From contig CAWHOE010000057.1 of assembly GCA_963830915.1 (NCBI GenBank), forward strand, positions 61,011-125,010: a DNA stretch of 64,000 bases. Reading direction: 5' to 3'. The stretch comes from a candidate division FCPU426 bacterium. Its GTDB lineage: Bacteria; Oederibacteriota; Muellerivitia; Muellerivitales; Muellerivitaceae. Under the pieces are notes generated by a model. It was given only the letters and a program-made list of their open reading frames with translations. It was not told the origin of the DNA and did no database searches. A program made the translations under genes and the position numbers. Shown one piece after another: positions 59,836-64,000 of the stretch. The stretch's first letter is position 1. Every line of letters begins with the position of its first letter.

Positions 59836-60464
59836 TTGCGCTTCGCCTTTGTAGGTGTTTTTTTTGCCTTCGATTTTGAACCGATCCTATTCTCAGTCCC
59901 GGCCAATATGCGTTTGATGTTCTGCCGATGCGACCACCATACAACAAGGGCGCCTACCAGCGTAAGCCCGGAAAGCCAGGTCAGGCCCTTCTCAAAATAA
60001 AAGGTCAGGCTCATCATGGTGGTGAAAGCCAGCAGGCTTCCCACCGATATCATCCGCCAAAAGAACAGGGCCAGGGCGAAGACCAGGGTGCCGACCGCGC
60101 TGGGGATGGGCAGCAGCCAAAAGAACACGCCCACGCTGACCCCGATGCCCTTCCCGCCCTTGAACTTCATGAAGACGCTGAACACGTTGCCCAACAGGGC
60201 CAACAGGCCGCAGGAAACCTCCACCAGCTCATCCGTCGGGAAAAAGTGCTGTCCCAACCAGACCGCCAACACGCCCTTGGCCGCGTCCAGGCCTAAGGTC
60301 AAGATGCCCCAAGGCGCTCCCGCCACCCGCCACACGTTGGTCATGCCGATATTGCCGCTCCCCTGGGTGCGCACGTCGATGCCCTTGACCGCTTTCACCA
60401 CCAAGTATCCGAAGGGGATGGACCCCAGCAGATAAGCCGCCGCCAGTATCAGGATCATGGTCAT
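59832..60464 (-). CDS. plsY: Glycerol-3-phosphate acyltransferase PlsY
   Basis: YLLGSIPFG, GSGNIG.TN, D..KG, FKGGKG, HRQNIKR. Confidence 0.95.
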   Translation of the reverse strand: MTMILILAAAYLLGSIPFGYLVVKAVKGIDVRTQGSGNIGMTNVWRVAGAPWGILTLGLDAAKGVLAVWLGQHFFPTDELVEVSCGLLALLGNVFSVFMKFKGGKGIGVSVGVFFWLLPIPSAVGTLVFALALFFWRMISVGSLLAFTTMMSLTFYFEKGLTWLSGLTLVGALVVWWSHRQNIKRILAGTENRIGSKSKAKKTPTKAKRK

Positions 60465-61890
60465 TTCTTGGTATCCTTCCGATGGGTTTTCTTATAACGC
60501 TTTTCCCGTTCCTTGATGTTCGGGTCGAAATTACGCTTGAAGCCTTTCTTGACGTACTCCCGCTTGTCGGCCTTCTCCTTGAAAACGATCTGCATCGGCG
60601 TCATTTCCATGCCGATCTCTTTTCTCATTTCCGCTTCCAGATAACGCAGGTAGGAAGGGGTCACGCTTTCCGGGTGGTTCACGAACACCTCGAAGACCGG
60701 CGGATGGCCGGGTCTCTGGTAACCGTAGAATATCTTGACCTGGTGCCCCTTCTTGAAGGGCGGCGGTTGTTTGGAGGCGGCGGTTTGCAGGGCCTGGTTC
60801 ACTTTGGATGTGGGCACCTGCGCGCAGCTTTCTTTGTATAGCTCGTCGGCCAAGGGCAGGATATTCTCCAGCCCCTGCCCGGTCTTGGCTGAAATGAAAA
60901 GGACCGGCGCGAAGAACAGGTTGCGCAGTTCCCTCTTCGTTATCCTCTCGGCCCTGGCCTGTTCCGCCCCCTTGGGGTGGACGTCCCACTTGTTGATGAG
61001 CACGATGACCGGCCGGAAAGCGTCGTGGATAATCCGCCCAATGGTCACGTCCTGGTGGGTGATGCCCTTCTCGCCGTCGACCAGAAATAGCACCAACTGG
61101 CAGGTCTGAAGCTCGTAAAGGGTCTGGTCCACGCTGATCTGCTCGATGCGGGTATCCTGCCTTGCGCCGCCCTGATACCTGCGGTATCCACCATGATGAG
61201 CGAATCATCGCCCGTCTCGATGATGACCGGGATGGCGTCATGGGTGGTACCTGGCAGGTCGTCAACCAGCAGGCGCTTTTCGCCCAAAATGGCGTTAACC
61301 AGTGACGATTTGCCCACGTTGGGTTTGCCCAAGATGGCTATCTTGCGTATCTTTTTGTCCTCTTCGTCGTTCTTTTTCTCTTCCGTCGGCGCGGGCAAGG
61401 TCTTGATGAGGGAATCCAAAAAGTCGTCGATGCCTAACCCGTGCGAGGCTGAAATGGGGAAAATATGGTCGAAACCCAGTTTCCTGAAGTCGGACAGCAT
61501 CTCGTCCCACTTATCGAACCGGTCGGCCTTGTTCACGATCAGCCAACTGGGCAGGTTCTTGGTGCGCAAATGGCGGGCCACCGCCACGTCGGCGGCGGTG
61601 ATACCGTCCTGGGCGTCCACCACCAGCAACAGCGCGGCCACATGGTGTATCTTCTCTTCCAGGAAAGTCCCCACCTTGAATGCGATGGATTCTTTCTCGC
61701 CAGGCACCCATCCGCCCGAATCGGTCAGGGTGAAGAAAGTCCCTTCCCATTCCACCACATGGCTTTTCAGGTCGCGGGTGGACCCAGGCTGGTCGTCCAC
61801 CAGCGCCACGGATTTACCCACCAGCCGGTTGAACAGGGTGGATTTGCCCACGTTGGGCCGGCCGACGATCAAGACTTCAGGTAACGGCAT
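60461..61890 (-). CDS. der: Ribosome biogenesis GTPase Der (frameshift near 61170)
   Basis: Two G domains (GRPNVGKST, GKPNVGKSS, DTAG, NKWD) and a KH-like tail split over two ORFs; one added base restores GIR.GARQDTRIEQISV. Confidence 0.93.
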
Positions 61891-61908
61891 GATTTCTCCG
61901 ACTAGTAT

Positions 61909-62709
61909 TTATTTGATGACCGCGAACTTCTTCATGGGCAGCTTGGTGATCTTGCCTGTGGCTTGGTCCTCCACCTGGACCTGGTAATAATACATGCCTT
62001 CGTCCACCTTTTTCAGGCTCCACAAGACATCGAACAATTGGTCCCCGCTCTTCTTGATCTCGTCGAACAGGTCGAATTGGCTGTCATAGACCCGGATAAA
62101 GACGTTACTGGGCGCGGGCACCATGATGCGGAAGGTCAGTTTCTTGCCCCTGGCCGGGTTGGGGATGACGGTGACGTTGGCGTCCTTGATGGTCGGGGTA
62201 TGGGCGAATACGAAACTGTCGGTCGGGGTGGAGGTAACACTGGGAGTGGGCGAAGGCGTGGGACCTTTCTTGCCTTTTTTGATCACGACGGTGGGAGTGG
62301 CAGTCTCAACAGGTGTTTCGGTCGGGGTCTCCACCACGGTCGGGGTATCGGACCCGATCAGTTCGATGGGGTTTGATGTTACTTTCGGCACCGGTCCGAT
62401 ATCCGTTATCTTGCGGGTATCGGGCATGGGGAAATCACTCGATGGCGTCGGGGTCATTTCGACCGGTGTGGCCGTTGGAAAGTCGATGGCCATCATCGTC
62501 GCGGTCGGCACCTCGGTCGCTATGGGCGTCCCCTCCTCCGCCCAGACAGGGCTAGCGAACAGCCCCAGCATTAAAAACACCGCCGCCAATTGGAATTTGT
62601 ATTTTCGTCTGTCATTGCGAGGAGATGCGCCAATCGGCGCGATTATCGACGTGGCAATCTCAGTTAAAGTCTTTTTTTTAAAAGTATGGTGAACCGTTTC
62701 TTTGACCAT
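61909..62709 (-). CDS. Secreted Pro/Thr-rich protein with C-terminal FlgD/T9SS-CTD-like domain
   Basis: Start set at ATG 62709 (TGATG overlap with the upstream gene); signal ending VWA; VIPNPARG..IRVYD..W...GMYYY..KKFAVIK. Confidence 0.7.
   Translation of the reverse strand: MVKETVHHTFKKKTLTEIATSIIAPIGASPRNDRRKYKFQLAAVFLMLGLFASPVWAEEGTPIATEVPTATMMAIDFPTATPVEMTPTPSSDFPMPDTRKITDIGPVPKVTSNPIELIGSDTPTVVETPTETPVETATPTVVIKKGKKGPTPSPTPSVTSTPTDSFVFAHTPTIKDANVTVIPNPARGKKLTFRIMVPAPSNVFIRVYDSQFDLFDEIKKSGDQLFDVLWSLKKVDEGMYYYQVQVEDQATGKITKLPMKKFAVIK
62610..62661 (+). repeat. REP/RPE-like palindromic element inside a CDS
   Basis: TGTCATTGCGAGGAG-ATGCGCCAATCGGCGCGATTAT-CGACGTGGCAATCTC. Confidence 0.7.
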
Positions 62710-63647
62710 CACCCGGTCACCTTCACAGTTGTCGACAGGCTCTTCATATCCTCCACGTTGGTTATCCGTGTATCCACGTCTATCTTCTTCACCATACTGC
62801 TGTAAACCCTCCCCGGTCCCACTTCCACCCATGTCCTGAACCCGCGGAAAATGACCGCCTTCACCGTCTGCACCCATTGCACCGGGTGGGAATATTGCTT
62901 GGTCAGTACCGCCCTCACCCCCTCCGGCGTACCCACATACTCGCCGTCCGAACAGGCGTGGAAAGGTATCTTCGGGTGTTTCAGCTTCACATCCCCCAGG
63001 CACTCGGTCAAAAGCTCGTCCAAAGGCTGTTCCAGTTCCTGGGCCAGGGGCGAGAACAAGGGGCCCCGGGGCTGTTGGGGGTTGGTCTTTATCTGCTTGA
63101 TGCCCTGGGTCTCGGCCTGCAAAGACCCGATGGCTTCTTTGTGGCCCCAAAGGATGAAGGTGTCGGGCGCCAGGTAATGGGTGATGATCACTTCCCCCTC
63201 TTCCCGGGCCAGCATGGGCTGTAATTGCTCCAGTTGGATGCCCGTGATGGAAATGGAGGCTCCCCCCTGCTTTTCGGCGAAGGCTTCCAGTAGCTTGGTG
63301 CGTTTGAATACGTACTGCAGGGCGTTGATGAAAGGCAGGCATTCGGCCGCCACCAGACCCGCCACTTCCCCCACCCCGATGCCGGTGAGCACTTCGGGCT
63401 TGCGCCGGTTGGATACCAGGGGGTCGAAAAAGGCGATATCGTTGACGAATGTGGCCAAATGGGCGTTCATCAGCTTGTCCTGGTCCTCTTTGGGGCCCAG
63501 GAAACAGACCTTGGCTATCTTGGTGCTGAGCAGTTTTTCCGTGTCATCGTAGAACTTGCGCACCGAAAGGGATTTGGCGTAGAACTCCTTGCCCATCCCC
63601 ACGTATTGGGAACCTTCGTTTGGAAAAATGGCGGCTATCCGAGCCAT
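62709..63647 (-). CDS. FabD-like (malonyl-CoA:ACP transacylase fold) protein lacking catalytic Ser/His
   Basis: FPNEGSQYVGMG, Q..HPVQW, EVGPG.V; GIGVGE in place of GHSxGE. Confidence 0.85.
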   Translation of the reverse strand: MARIAAIFPNEGSQYVGMGKEFYAKSLSVRKFYDDTEKLLSTKIAKVCFLGPKEDQDKLMNAHLATFVNDIAFFDPLVSNRRKPEVLTGIGVGEVAGLVAAECLPFINALQYVFKRTKLLEAFAEKQGGASISITGIQLEQLQPMLAREEGEVIITHYLAPDTFILWGHKEAIGSLQAETQGIKQIKTNPQQPRGPLFSPLAQELEQPLDELLTECLGDVKLKHPKIPFHACSDGEYVGTPEGVRAVLTKQYSHPVQWVQTVKAVIFRGFRTWVEVGPGRVYSSMVKKIDVDTRITNVEDMKSLSTTVKVTG

Positions 63648-63948
63648 AGCTATCCTTTAAGTGTTTGATGAAGCCGCATTTTAACCGACCGTTTAGCCCC
63701 GGTCCATGTCTATTAACTAGGAGAAACAATTGGAAATCGGTCACCGCATCATTCATTTTGAAAACATTCTTTGAAGATCAGATGACCGGGGCAGGTCGTG
63801 TACTTGCCCGGGCAGTATCCGGGCAAGTGGCAGCCCAAAGGGCTGTCCCTTGACACAGTTTGGGGCAGTAATGAGGATGTTGGAGGGGTTCGATACGCCT
63901 GTTAAGGGCTGATTTGGGATTAGATGAAGGTCCGGCGGGAGCCCGATT

Positions 63949-64000
63949 ATGGACAATCCCTTATTAGCAATACGAACTGAACGGGGGGCCACAGGGAGAA
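63949..64000 (+). CDS. Possible start of a gene running off the window
   Basis: GGGAG SD, ATG 63949, open to the end (MDNPLLAIRTERGATGR). Confidence 0.3.
   Translation, partial: MDNPLLAIRTERGATGR

Noticed and set aside
62710..63342. N-terminal part of ORF 61909..63342
   Set aside because: Out-of-frame overlap with the FabD-like gene; the likely start is 62709.

Overview
Chromosomal window from a diderm bacterium (LptE, BamA-like and outer-membrane barrel genes); taxon not determinable from the sequence alone. Three zones. (1) 1-29.9 kb: an all-plus-strand island of about 27 mostly secreted, lipoprotein or outer-membrane genes (NHL, Kelch and SBBP propellers, LRR, four tandem glycine-rich paralogues, Thr/Pro linkers, FlgD/T9SS-CTD-like C-termini). 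It is punctuated by 11 copies (two degenerate) of one intergenic element, TTTTCCAC-GGAATAAA-N13/14-GTCTTAT-(N)-TAGGG. (2) 30-54.7 kb: plus-strand housekeeping genes (leuS-lptE-holA, rpsT on minus, murJ, kinase plus FHA-adenylate cyclase, mutL-miaA, sppA, BamA-like fusion) and a lone XerC/D-family recombinase. The recombinase has a 28-bp loxP/dif-like palindrome directly before its ATG and a 38-bp inverted repeat pair around it. (3) 54.7-63.7 kb: minus-strand housekeeping genes (tRNA-Arg, apt, sigma70, two tRNA-Pro, MerR, HU/IHF, gpsA, plsY, der, an apparently inactive FabD-like protein). Gene orientation converges about 1.6 kb past the recombinase, as expected near a replication terminus. Several single-base frameshifts, including one in der, are probably assembly errors. 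All calls are by eye; no searches were run.
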